A stretch of 60,959 nt of DNA, counting the filler. It is 4 parts of 4 records of this genome, joined end to end, with 100 filler letters (N's around TTAATTAATTAA, not from the genome) between each part and the next. Parts side by side here need not be neighbours in the genome. Positions count along the whole stretch, not along the records: positions 1 to 25,501 come from SRR22947725_422; 3 more parts are not named here. One strand, 5' to 3'. Position numbers and translations under genes: made by a program. The number at the start of each line of letters is the position of its first letter. Within the stretch, counting starts at the first letter, position 1. This document shows, piece by piece, positions 9,058-18,357 of the stretch. The notes below the pieces were generated by a model. The model did not search any database. It worked only from the letters and a program-made list of their open reading frames with translations, and was not told the origin of the DNA.

Positions 9058-10535
9058 TCCTTACGCTTTACAATCAAACTATATAAATAAGGTCCACAAA
9101 GTCCTAAAAAAGCTAATACAAGAAAAAATAAAGCTAGCGGTTGGGCAAATATCATCCACCATTGACCATCATACATTTTTAAAGAATGTTGAAGGTTAGT
9201 CTCTACCATTTCTCCTAAAATCAAACCAACGGCTATTGGCGCAACAGCAAACCCATGTCTTCTTGCAAAAAAGCCTATCACACCAAAAATCAAAGCTATC
9301 CATACATCAATCAGTGATTGAGAAAGAGCATACGCACCTATAACAGAGAGCGCAAAAACAATAGGCCATAATATTGATATTGGAACTAATGAAACTCTTG
9401 CAAAAAGCCTTGCTGCGTAAAGACCCATTGCCATAAACATTAAATTAGCTAATAACATTGAGCCAAATATTTGGTAAACTTTTTCAACTTGTTCAGTGAA
9501 CAAATAAGCTCCTGGTCTAAGTCCATGAACCATTAAGCCAACTAATATTATTGCTGTTGTTCCACTGCCTGGTATTCCAAGAACCATAGTTGGAACCATT
9601 GCTCCGCCTGTTGCTGAATTATTAGCTGCTTCAGCACCTGCAATTCCCTCAATAGAGCCTTTTCCAAATTCTTCTTTATTTTTAGACCATCTTTTTGCTT
9701 CTGAGTATCCAATCATTGAAGCAACAGTGGCTCCTTCTGCAGGAAGAATCCCAATAAAAGTACCTATACCCGAAGACCGAACAATGGTCTTCCATATTTT
9801 TTTATAGTCTTCTTTTGTAGGTAATTTTACGGCTTTCAAAGATACTGCATTTACAACCCTATTAACCATTTTAGATTGAACAAGTAGTTCTGAGATGGCA
9901 AAGAGACCAATAAATACTGGAACAAAAGAGAGGCCTTCGTATAAATCGTAATTTCCAAACATAAATCTTTCTATGGCCGTAACTCTTTCAGCGCCAATTG
10001 TAGAGAGCCATACTCCAAAAATACCACCAATAAGATTTTTGACAGCACCTCCAGCACTTATACTAGCTAGCATTGATAATCCAAATATAGTTAAGGCAAA
10101 ATATTCTGGTGGACGAAACTCATAGGCTACCCTGGCTAGGAGGGGAGCGGCTATACATAAAACTATAACAGAGAACACGCCCCCAATAGTACTTGATACA
10201 ACGGCAATACCAAGAGCTCTTCCAGCTTCCCCTTTTTGAGCTAACGGGTATCCATCGAAGGTAGTGGCTGCCGCTGCTGAAGTTCCTGGTGTGTTGATTA
10301 ATATGGCTGTAATAGACCCTGCAAAGGTGGCCGATACGTATATTGTTGATAAAACGGCTATTGCTTGCACGGGCTCCATTGTCAAGGTAAATGGCAGTAA
10401 CAAAGCTGCACCTGTTGTTGCACCTAAACCAGGTAATACACCTATAATCACACCTAATATAGTGGTGGCAAAAATTAAAACTAATAAGTAGGGATCAGTA
10501 AACACTGATGCCATAGCTGATAATGCTTCAATCAT
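9054..10535 (-). CDS. tctA: tripartite tricarboxylate transporter large permease TctA
   Basis: GVLPGLG, ILINTPGT..AAAT.FDGYPLAQKG, GAEAANN, LGIPGS. Confidence 0.92.
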   Translation of the reverse strand: MIEALSAMASVFTDPYLLVLIFATTILGVIIGVLPGLGATTGAALLLPFTLTMEPVQAIAVLSTIYVSATFAGSITAILINTPGTSAAAATTFDGYPLAQKGEAGRALGIAVVSSTIGGVFSVIVLCIAAPLLARVAYEFRPPEYFALTIFGLSMLASISAGGAVKNLIGGIFGVWLSTIGAERVTAIERFMFGNYDLYEGLSFVPVFIGLFAISELLVQSKMVNRVVNAVSLKAVKLPTKEDYKKIWKTIVRSSGIGTFIGILPAEGATVASMIGYSEAKRWSKNKEEFGKGSIEGIAGAEAANNSATGGAMVPTMVLGIPGSGTTAIILVGLMVHGLRPGAYLFTEQVEKVYQIFGSMLLANLMFMAMGLYAARLFARVSLVPISILWPIVFALSVIGAYALSQSLIDVWIALIFGVIGFFARRHGFAVAPIAVGLILGEMVETNLQHSLKMYDGQWWMIFAQPLALFFLVLAFLGLCGPYLYSLIVKRKD

Positions 10536-10546
10536 GTAACTTTAAC

Positions 10547-11011
10547 CTAACCATAATAAATATTTGTTAACCATCCCCGAGGAAATCTTACTTGGAGAAC
10601 ATAATCAAAAAGAAGAAAAACGGAGAGTGGAGTTATAATAGCGTTAGTAAGGCTAACCCATAATTTCTTTTGTCCCCATACCATACCCATTAAAAACATG
10701 ATTACAGGTATCGCTACAAATAGATCGCCACTGATTGTTACTAAAATATAAAAGACTAAGAAAAGTAACATACTTGACCAAGTAGGAAATTTTTCAAGCT
10801 CGACTTCTTTCGGGTAAGTTTTAGAGAATTGGTATGATAATACTCCTACCAGTATTAAATTAATAACCATTAAAAAAATGGGAAATGAACGAGCTTGCAT
10901 ACTATCACCCACTATCATCTCTGGAGAAGTCTCTAATTGAAGAGATAAATAAATTATTACAATAGAGAATATCGTAAGAAATAGAGGTATAGAGTAAATT
11001 TTAATATTCAT
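10547..11011 (-). CDS. tctB: tripartite tricarboxylate transporter small permease TctB
   Basis: Four hydrophobic segments, C-terminal LFDYVLQVRFPRG, lies between tctC and tctA. Confidence 0.85.
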   Translation of the reverse strand: MNIKIYSIPLFLTIFSIVIIYLSLQLETSPEMIVGDSMQARSFPIFLMVINLILVGVLSYQFSKTYPKEVELEKFPTWSSMLLFLVFYILVTISGDLFVAIPVIMFLMGMVWGQKKLWVSLTNAIITPLSVFLLFDYVLQVRFPRGWLTNIYYG

Positions 11012-11023
11012 AATAAAACTTTC

Positions 11024-11047
11024 AGATGCCCCAAAAAAGGGGCATCT
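11024..11047 (-). terminator. intercistronic stem-loop after tctC (mRNA stabiliser or partial terminator)
   Basis: Perfect 9-bp inverted repeat AGATGCCCC-AAAAAA-GGGGCATCT just downstream of the tctC stop. Confidence 0.65.
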
Positions 11048-11061
11048 AAATTGATTTGTTT

Positions 11062-12039
11062 TTACTTAATTAAGCCCATTTCTTTTAAAGCAGGACCAAA
11101 TTCACCAACCATAAACTTAATCTGCTCACCCCAAGGACCAGAAGGTTGTGGAGAAGTGTTATCTAACCCAGAATTTGCAAGGTACGCTTGATACATAGAA
11201 TGTTTCATAGCTTTTGACAAACCTGCTTCAAGCTCAGTAACTCTTGCTTTATCAGCTCCTGCGTGTGTAACAAATCCTCTAGTTGTTGATAGAACAAGAT
11301 CAATACCCATTGACTTAGCAGTTTTAGCTTTAGGAATTGGTGCCATAGCATTATCACCTAAGATAACTAATGGGCATAAATCACCTGCATCAATTGGTCC
11401 ACCAGCTTCAGATAAATTTAAAACTCCAACGTCCACAGCGCCGGCTACAACTTGCGTTGCAAGTTCTCCACCACCTTTAAATGGAATATATTTAGGCATT
11501 GGCTGACCGAGTTTTTTAGCAAACAAATATGCTGTTATATGATCAATAGTACCTGTATGAGTTCCACCAAAAGCAATTTTGTCACCCTTTTTCATTCCTG
11601 CTACAAATGCTTCAGGAGTTTTATACGGGCTAGTTTTACAATTCACCATCAATATCTGAGGATCATTTGTACCTCTTGCTATAGGTGCCATATCCTCAAC
11701 TTTTAATTTAGTTTTGCCCATTGCCATTGTAATGGCGTGACCAACTGTAAAAGTTAAAATAGTGTTCCCATCTGCAGGTCTTGTCATGAAGTAATTCATT
11801 GCAGCAGCTCCACCGCCGCCTCTTTTATTCACAACTACCATATCCTGTTTTAAAACTCTTCTTGAACGAAGCATCATCATTCTTGAGTTAACATCGGTAC
11901 CACCACCAGCACCTGCGTGTGTTACAACTTCAATAGCAGGCTTCTTAGCAGCTAATGCTGGAGCAGAAGTAAATGCTACAGCTGAAACTATAGCAGCTAA
12001 ACCAGTTCCAACTTTGAAAAGTGTTTTAGATTTAATCAT
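11062..12039 (-). CDS. tctC: tripartite tricarboxylate transporter substrate-binding protein TctC (Bug family)
   Basis: Signal peptide, AGGGTD, VVNKRGGGG, YIPFKGGGE; GGAGG RBS at 12047-12051. Confidence 0.9.
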   Translation of the reverse strand: MIKSKTLFKVGTGLAAIVSAVAFTSAPALAAKKPAIEVVTHAGAGGGTDVNSRMMMLRSRRVLKQDMVVVNKRGGGGAAAMNYFMTRPADGNTILTFTVGHAITMAMGKTKLKVEDMAPIARGTNDPQILMVNCKTSPYKTPEAFVAGMKKGDKIAFGGTHTGTIDHITAYLFAKKLGQPMPKYIPFKGGGELATQVVAGAVDVGVLNLSEAGGPIDAGDLCPLVILGDNAMAPIPKAKTAKSMGIDLVLSTTRGFVTHAGADKARVTELEAGLSKAMKHSMYQAYLANSGLDNTSPQPSGPWGEQIKFMVGEFGPALKEMGLIK

Positions 12040-12183
12040 TTAATATCCTCCACAATGATTAACCAGCTTTCGCTGGTAATTAAACTGTCATAATGACAGC
12101 GAATTTTAAGAATAAATTATTATCCCCACTTAAATTTACAGCGCATTGAATTAAATCAAATCACACCTAAAATTAATATGATG

Positions 12184-12211
12184 ATTATTGCTAATTAAAA
12201 ATATGAGTCAA
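12184..12211 (-). promoter_or_regulatory. putative sigma70 promoter of tctCBA
   Basis: Minus strand TTGACT-N16-AATAAT; a GANTC site (12205-12209) overlaps the -35 box. Confidence 0.4.
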
Positions 12212-12281
12212 GTATAACAGATGAGTAAACGTTATTAATGCTTAATTTGTTAAGTTTAAATTATTAAAAAATTTAAAAATA

Positions 12282-12452
12282 TTATTGATTTATTTTTTCT
12301 TTAAATGAATTTTTATTCATATTTGTTCTATATATCTCAATAGCTTCAGTTCTTGTGTAAGTTTTATTAACTTCATTTTGAAGGAACTTATCAAATTCAG
12401 GTGCTGCGCTTGCCAGTTGAAAAATTACAGAGATAATCGACAGTGGTTCCAA
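12282..12452 (-). CDS. small hypothetical protein, 56 aa (MEPLSIISVIFQLASAAPEFDKFLQNEVNKTYTRTEAIEIYRTNMNKNSFKEKINQ); not in the ORF track
   Basis: TTG start with AGGAG RBS (12459-12463) 6 nt upstream; open frame in very AT-rich DNA; sigma54-type promoter upstream. Confidence 0.6.
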   Translation of the reverse strand: MEPLSIISVIFQLASAAPEFDKFLQNEVNKTYTRTEAIEIYRTNMNKNSFKEKINQ

Positions 12453-12479
12453 AATATGCTCCTAAGAATTAAAGAAATC

Positions 12480-12496
12480 TGCATAAAACATGCCAA
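12480..12496 (-). promoter_or_regulatory. putative sigma54 (RpoN) -24/-12 promoter
   Basis: Minus strand TTGGCATGTTTTATGCA with exact GG-N10-GC spacing; predicted start site near 12469, just ahead of the RBS. Confidence 0.55.
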
Positions 12497-12606
12497 TAAA
12501 AAAGAAAAAATTGTTATGTATAAAAAATGTGTTGAATAATATAAAAAATACAATAGATAAATAAATAATTCTTTAATTAACTATAAATACAGCCATCCTA
12601 AATTTT

Positions 12607-13167
12607 ATGAATAACAACGATTTAATTGAGCGTTATAAGGCATCAAATATTTCTGTGCCGATGTCTATGATTGGGTGGATGAGATCTAATCATGCAGGTG
12701 AAACTGGTGCTGTTTGGATATATATAGGTTCCAGATGTGTCTTTTGGAATAAAGATATAAAAAAAATGTCCAGAGAACACTGCCAAACAGAAAAAAATCA
12801 TCTTATCATTATGAATCATTTATTAAAAAACCAAAATAAAAGTAAATTGTTATTAATATGGAGAGTTTTAGGCTTTAGTTTAGGTTTTTTTTCCGCAGTT
12901 TTTGGCTATAGATTTTTTTGTGTTACTATACAAGCAGTAGAAACTTTTGTAGAGAAGCATTACCAAGAACAAATAGAATATTTATATACACATTCTATTT
13001 CCTATGATCTTTTAAAGGTCTTAGAGATTTGTTGTGAAGAAGAAGTAGAGCATCAAAATGATGCAGGATTTAAAAAAGGTAAAATTAATAATTACATTGA
13101 AAATTTTTGGTCTAGGGTAGTCGGATCTGGATCTAGTTTAGCAGTTAGTATCTCAAAATTGATATAG
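12607..13167 (+). CDS. Coq7-like demethoxyubiquinone hydroxylase family di-iron protein
   Basis: RSNHAGETGAVWIY, EKNH, VETFVEKHY, EEEVEH ferritin-like ligand pattern. Confidence 0.8.
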   Translation: MNNNDLIERYKASNISVPMSMIGWMRSNHAGETGAVWIYIGSRCVFWNKDIKKMSREHCQTEKNHLIIMNHLLKNQNKSKLLLIWRVLGFSLGFFSAVFGYRFFCVTIQAVETFVEKHYQEQIEYLYTHSISYDLLKVLEICCEEEVEHQNDAGFKKGKINNYIENFWSRVVGSGSSLAVSISKLI

Positions 13168-13175
13168 GTTAAAAA

Positions 13176-13556
13176 ATGAAGTTAATTCAGGTTTTTTATG
13201 ACGGAAAATGTGGGCTTTGTAGCAAGGAAATTAATTATTATAAAAAGATATCTCCACAAAATATTTTTAAGTGGAATGATATTGCAAATAACCCTGACGA
13301 TTTAAAAGTAATAAAAGTTTCACAATACGATGCTTTAATGTATTTGCATGCTCTAGATAGAAATAAAAATTTAAAAATTGGAGTAGACGCATTTATATTG
13401 ATTTGGGATGAATTGAAATTATGGAATTTATTATCTTTCTTTGTAAAACTTCCCATTATTTATCAGTTAACAAAATCATTATATAATATGTTTGCGAGTT
13501 ATAGATTTAAAAAATTAACACACTGCCAAATGGCTAGCCAAGAAGTTTACAAATAA
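13176..13556 (+). CDS. DCC-family (DUF393) thiol-disulfide oxidoreductase-like protein
   Basis: N-terminal FYDGKCGLC (DxxCxxC), GVDAF, C-terminal Y..FA..R. Confidence 0.85.
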   Translation: MKLIQVFYDGKCGLCSKEINYYKKISPQNIFKWNDIANNPDDLKVIKVSQYDALMYLHALDRNKNLKIGVDAFILIWDELKLWNLLSFFVKLPIIYQLTKSLYNMFASYRFKKLTHCQMASQEVYK

Positions 13557-13745
13557 ATGTTTAAGTGGATTAGAAATAATAAAAATAAAAATAGTGAAAT
13601 TAAAAAGGTAGAAACTCGTTTAGAAAAAATGAAAAATAACCCTTACAAAAGAGTTGATAGTGAAAATATGACAGATGTTGAAAAAATGGATAAGGGTTTT
13701 AACGGAAAGACATTTACTATCAACGGAATAGAAATAGATTTTTAG
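13557..13745 (+). CDS. small hypothetical protein, 62 aa
   Basis: ATG directly abuts the upstream TAA; open frame fills the gap. Confidence 0.55.
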   Translation: MFKWIRNNKNKNSEIKKVETRLEKMKNNPYKRVDSENMTDVEKMDKGFNGKTFTINGIEIDF

Positions 13746-13837
13746 TAATGCGTTAATCGAATCTTTATTACTTTGCCTTTAGATAAATAATTTTGTATTT
13801 TGAGATTCTTTTTTTATTAGAATAATTAGGGGGAAAG

Positions 13838-14974
13838 ATGAAAAAACTTAAAACTACATTAGCAGCGCTAATGATAATGTCATCATCAACCATTTTTGCA
13901 GATGGTCATCAATTAAAAGTTGGTATGATAACTACTTTATCAGGGGGTGGATCCGGTTTAGGGATTGATGTAAGAGACGGCTTTATGCTTGCAGTAAAAG
14001 GTAATCAAAATATAAGTGTGATTATAAAAGATGATCAAAGAAAACCAGATATTGCGGTTCAGTTAGCCGACAAGATGATACAATCTGACAAAGTTGATGT
14101 TCTTACTGGAATTATTTGGTCTAATTTAGCTATGGCAGTTGTACCAGCTGCTGTTAATCAAGGGAAATTCTATTTATCACCTAATGCTGGACCATCTAAG
14201 CTAGCAGGCAAAGGTTGTCATAAAAATTATTTTAATGTTGCTTGGCAAAATGATAATTTACATGAAGCAGCTGGTGGTTATGCTAATTCAGCTGGCTTTA
14301 AAAATACCTTTATCCTTGCCCCTAACTATCCAGCTGGAAAAGACGCCCTAACAGGTTATAAAAGATTCTTTAAGGGAAAATTAGCTGGAGAAATATATAC
14401 CAAACTTGGTCAAAAAGATTATGCAGCAGAGATCGCTCAAATCAGAGCTTCAGGTGCAGATAGTGTGTTTTTCTTTTTACCAGGTGGGATGGGAATCGGT
14501 TTTATGAAACAATTTTCACAATCTGGAATCAATGTCCCGGTTGTGGGTCCTGCTTTTTCTTTTGATCAAGGTATTTTAAAGGCAGTTGGAGATGCTGCAT
14601 TAGGTGTAAAAAATACCTCACAATGGTCTAAAGATATAGATAACCCAGCAAATAAAAAGTTTGTCAGTGATTTTCAATCTGAATATGGGCGCCTTCCATC
14701 ATTATATGCTTCTCAAGGATACGACACAGGTAAACTTTTAATTTCTGCAATGATTAATGCTAAAGTTGATGATAAAGACAAGTTTAGAGATGAACTTAAA
14801 AAGGCTAATTTTGCTTCTACAAGAGGAAAATTTAGTTTTGATAAAAATCATCACCCAATACAAGATATCTATGTTAGAGAAGTCATTAAAGAAGGAAAGA
14901 CACTTACAAACAAGATTGTTTCTGTTGGGTTAAAGGATCATTCAAACGTTTATGTTTCTGAATGTAAAATGTAA
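13838..14974 (+). CDS. Liv-type ABC transporter substrate-binding protein, resembling the aromatic-acid-binding subfamily
   Basis: Signal peptide; GIIWSNLAMA, SPNAGPSKLAG..C, AWQNDNLHEA; first gene of a 5-gene ABC operon. Confidence 0.85.
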   Translation: MKKLKTTLAALMIMSSSTIFADGHQLKVGMITTLSGGGSGLGIDVRDGFMLAVKGNQNISVIIKDDQRKPDIAVQLADKMIQSDKVDVLTGIIWSNLAMAVVPAAVNQGKFYLSPNAGPSKLAGKGCHKNYFNVAWQNDNLHEAAGGYANSAGFKNTFILAPNYPAGKDALTGYKRFFKGKLAGEIYTKLGQKDYAAEIAQIRASGADSVFFFLPGGMGIGFMKQFSQSGINVPVVGPAFSFDQGILKAVGDAALGVKNTSQWSKDIDNPANKKFVSDFQSEYGRLPSLYASQGYDTGKLLISAMINAKVDDKDKFRDELKKANFASTRGKFSFDKNHHPIQDIYVREVIKEGKTLTNKIVSVGLKDHSNVYVSECKM

Positions 14975-14984
14975 ATTATATGTC

Positions 14985-15011
14985 TAGGTGATTTCCTGTA
15001 GAAATCACCTA
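14985..15011 (+). terminator. intercistronic stem-loop after the binding-protein gene
   Basis: Perfect 11-bp inverted repeat TAGGTGATTTC-CTGTA-GAAATCACCTA. Confidence 0.65.
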
Positions 15012-15026
15012 TGACTTTATATTTAA

Positions 15027-15944
15027 ATGACAAGCATCTTATTTATTGAACAACTCTTAAACGGCATACAATTTGGAACAATGCTGTTTCTTATGTCTGC
15101 TGGGCTAACTTTAATATTTGGCGTCATGGGTTTAATAAATCTTGCCCATGGTTCTTTCTATATGATAGGCGCTTTCTGTGCAGCTTTGGTTGCTGGTATA
15201 ACAGGTTCATTTTGGCTGGCATTAGGAGCCAGCTTATGTGGAGCAGCAATCGCAGGTGTTCTAATTGAAATATTAATAATTAGACGATTATATAGAAGAG
15301 ATCATTTGGATCAAGTTTTAGCAACTTTTGCTCTCATATTGTTATTATCTGAGGGAGTAAGATGGTATTTTGGCGCCTTTCCTTTATATCTTAGTATTCC
15401 AGATAGCTTAAATGGAACTGTACCTATATTTAGTGAAATAATTTATTCCAAATATAGACTGTTTATAATATTAATGGGTTTTTTGATAGCTATTGGTCTA
15501 TACTTATTAATCACAAAAACACGGCTAGGTATTCGTATTAGAGCCGGGCAGAATGATCGTGAAATGATCTCTGCTCTTGGTGTAGATATTTCAAAACTTT
15601 ATACAGTTGTCTTTGCTTTAGGAGCAGCTCTTGCAGGACTTTCTGGGGCGATGATAGGTGCCATACAATCAGTTGAAGTTGGTATGGGAGAGCCGATTTT
15701 AATTTTAGCTTTTGTGGTCATAGTTATTGGGGGTATTGGATCAATAAAGGGTGCTTTTGTTGGCTCAATTTTAGTTGGAGTTACAGACACCTTAGGACGT
15801 GTTTTTTTACCAGATTTACTTAAAATTTTTATGCAACCTGCTGAGGCAACTGCAATAGGGTCTTCAATTGGTTCAATGTTAATCTATATTCTCATGGCAT
15901 TGATTTTAATTACCAAACCTTCTGGATTATTTGGAAAGAGTTAA
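15027..15944 (+). CDS. ABC transporter permease (LivH-like)
   Basis: GLTLIFGVMGLINLAHG, FVVIVIGGIGS, KPSGLFG. Confidence 0.9.
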   Translation: MTSILFIEQLLNGIQFGTMLFLMSAGLTLIFGVMGLINLAHGSFYMIGAFCAALVAGITGSFWLALGASLCGAAIAGVLIEILIIRRLYRRDHLDQVLATFALILLLSEGVRWYFGAFPLYLSIPDSLNGTVPIFSEIIYSKYRLFIILMGFLIAIGLYLLITKTRLGIRIRAGQNDREMISALGVDISKLYTVVFALGAALAGLSGAMIGAIQSVEVGMGEPILILAFVVIVIGGIGSIKGAFVGSILVGVTDTLGRVFLPDLLKIFMQPAEATAIGSSIGSMLIYILMALILITKPSGLFGKS

Positions 15945-16926
15945 AATGATTATCGAAAAATTTTTAAATAAATGGATATTATTTTTGCTTTTAATTATTC
16001 CTCTCTGTGGTCTAGTTTTTGAAGAACCTTATTATATAACATTAACAACTAAGGTAATTATACTCGCTATTGCAGGTATTGGTTTAAACTTAGCTCTTGG
16101 TTATTGTGGGCTAATTTCTTTTGGACATGCAGCTTTTTTTGGAACTGGAGGATACGTAACAGGAATATTATCTTTTCATGCTCTTAACGATGAATTACTT
16201 TTTAGTTGGCCAATTGAGTTTTTTGGTACATCTGAAATGCTAATAATATGGCCAATAGCAATATTAGTCTGTGCGGCCCTATCTTTTATTATTGGGATTC
16301 TCTCGCTTAGAACAAGCGGTGTTTATTTTATTATGATTACTCTTGCTTTTGCGCAAATGTTATATTTTTTCTCAATAAGCTGGCCTACGTATGGAGGAGA
16401 AGATGGCCTTTCAATCTATTTAAGAAACTCGTTTCCAATGGTAAATACAATGGATCCTTTTACATTTTATTTAATTTGTCTGGTGTGGTTGGTGATTGCT
16501 TTATTTGTATCTTTTAAATTAATTAATTCAGCCTTTGGTATGGCGTTTCAGGCTATTAAAGAAAATGAAGAAAGAGTAAAATCTGTAGGAATAGAAACAT
16601 TAAAGGTTAAGCTAATAGTTTTTGTTATTTCAGGTACAATAGCGGGCTTGGCAGGCTCTCTTTATACGGACTTAAATAGATTTGTAAGTCCATCTGTTCT
16701 TGATTGGCATACTTCTGGAGAAATAATGATATTTGTAATCCTTGGCGGCATGGCAAGGCTTTATGGTCCTATTGTGGGTGCAGCTTTCTTTATAATATTA
16801 GAACAAACTCTCGGTGCATATACTGAAAACTGGCAATTTTGGTTGGGTTTAATATTAATACTAGAAATATTATACGTACGCTCTGGCATATTAGGGTTAT
16901 TTGATAAGAAAAAAAATAATGAATAA
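15931..16926 (+). CDS. ABC transporter permease (LivM-like); start may be the ATG at 15946
   Basis: GLISFGHAAFFG, YFIMITLAFAQM, GGEDG, VILGG. Confidence 0.9.
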   Translation: MERVKMIIEKFLNKWILFLLLIIPLCGLVFEEPYYITLTTKVIILAIAGIGLNLALGYCGLISFGHAAFFGTGGYVTGILSFHALNDELLFSWPIEFFGTSEMLIIWPIAILVCAALSFIIGILSLRTSGVYFIMITLAFAQMLYFFSISWPTYGGEDGLSIYLRNSFPMVNTMDPFTFYLICLVWLVIALFVSFKLINSAFGMAFQAIKENEERVKSVGIETLKVKLIVFVISGTIAGLAGSLYTDLNRFVSPSVLDWHTSGEIMIFVILGGMARLYGPIVGAAFFIILEQTLGAYTENWQFWLGLILILEILYVRSGILGLFDKKKNNE

Positions 16927-17668
16927 TAAAATTTTAAATATTAAAAATTTATCAAAATCTTATGGCGCGTTTAAGGTTACAGATGAGATAGCAATTGATC
17001 TCAATTTTAACGAAATTCATGCATTAATAGGGCCTAATGGAGCAGGTAAATCAACTCTTATAAAGCAGATTGTTGGAAGCGTCAGGCATGATATAGGATC
17101 AATAATTTTAGATCAGGAGAATATAACTGATTTAAGTGATGTAGAAAGAGCTAAAATTGGCATATCTAGAACTTTTCAAGTATCTTCTATAATTCCGAGT
17201 TTTAGTGCTTTAGAGAATATTATTTTATCTCTTCTTAATGGTTCCAATAAAACTTTTCAGTTCTTTAAAAACATTAAAAACAATAAAGACCTAGATTTTA
17301 AAGCTAAAAATATACTCAAAGAAATAGAGTTAATAGATAAGTCTGAGATAGTGGCGTCTCAACTTAGTCATGGAGATAGAAGAAAATTAGAGGTAGGGCT
17401 TGCATTGGCAACTAATCCAAAAGTGTTCTTATTTGATGAGCCAATGGCAGGATTAGATGAAAATGGAACAAAAATAATGATTAATTTATTTAAAAAAATA
17501 AAATTAAATACTCCTATACTATTAATTGAGCATGATATGGATGCTGTTTTTGCTCTAGCTGATAGAGTGTCAGTAATTAACTATGGAAGAATAGTGGCTA
17601 CAGGGACAGTTGATCAGATTAAATCTAATGAATTAGTAAGAGACGTTTATTTAGGTTATGAGATTTAA
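16901..17668 (+). CDS. ABC transporter ATP-binding protein (LivG-like); start may be the ATG near 16919
   Basis: GPNGAGKS, RTFQ, LSHG, DEPMAG, IEHDM. Confidence 0.9.
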   Translation: MIRKKIMNNKILNIKNLSKSYGAFKVTDEIAIDLNFNEIHALIGPNGAGKSTLIKQIVGSVRHDIGSIILDQENITDLSDVERAKIGISRTFQVSSIIPSFSALENIILSLLNGSNKTFQFFKNIKNNKDLDFKAKNILKEIELIDKSEIVASQLSHGDRRKLEVGLALATNPKVFLFDEPMAGLDENGTKIMINLFKKIKLNTPILLIEHDMDAVFALADRVSVINYGRIVATGTVDQIKSNELVRDVYLGYEI

Positions 17669-18357
17669 TGAATAATTTTTTAGAGATAAAATCACTTAGG
17701 GCTTGGTATGGCGCTAGCCAGGCACTCTTTGATGTAAATCTAGAAATTAAAGAAGGTGAAATTGTAGCTTTACTTGGAAGAAATGGAATGGGTAAATCAA
17801 CTACAATTAAATCAATATGCGGTTTAATGAATAACTTTCAAGGAGAAATTAATTTTAGCAATATATCTCTCTTAGGAATGCCCAGTTATAAAATTGCCCT
17901 ATTAGGAATAGGTTTAGTTCCAGAAGGAAGAAGAGCCTTTTCCAATTTAACAGTTTTAGAAAACCTCATTGCAACTTCAGTTGAAGGAGAATGGACTTTA
18001 GAAAAAGTTTTTGAATTATTCCCAAAACTTGAAGAAAGAAAGTTACAAGGTGCGTTCTCATTATCTGGGGGGGAACAGCAGATGTTAGTTATTGGAAGGG
18101 CATTGATGACAAATCCAAGATTATTAATTTTAGATGAAGCAACAGAGGGTTTGTCACCTACAATTAGATCAGAAATATGGAAAGTTATAGAAATTTTAAA
18201 AAACAAAAATATATCTATTTTAATTATAGATAAATCACTTAAACAATTACAAACCTTGGCTGATAAATTTTATATTCTCGAAAAAGGTAGAACCGTATGG
18301 AAAGGACTTTCAAAGCAATTAACAACTGATATTGCACAAAAATTTTTAGGAGTTTAA
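17668..18357 (+). CDS. ABC transporter ATP-binding protein (LivF-like)
   Basis: GRNGMGKST, VPEGRR, LSGGEQQM, LDEATEGL. Confidence 0.9.
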   Translation: MNNFLEIKSLRAWYGASQALFDVNLEIKEGEIVALLGRNGMGKSTTIKSICGLMNNFQGEINFSNISLLGMPSYKIALLGIGLVPEGRRAFSNLTVLENLIATSVEGEWTLEKVFELFPKLEERKLQGAFSLSGGEQQMLVIGRALMTNPRLLILDEATEGLSPTIRSEIWKVIEILKNKNISILIIDKSLKQLQTLADKFYILEKGRTVWKGLSKQLTTDIAQKFLGV

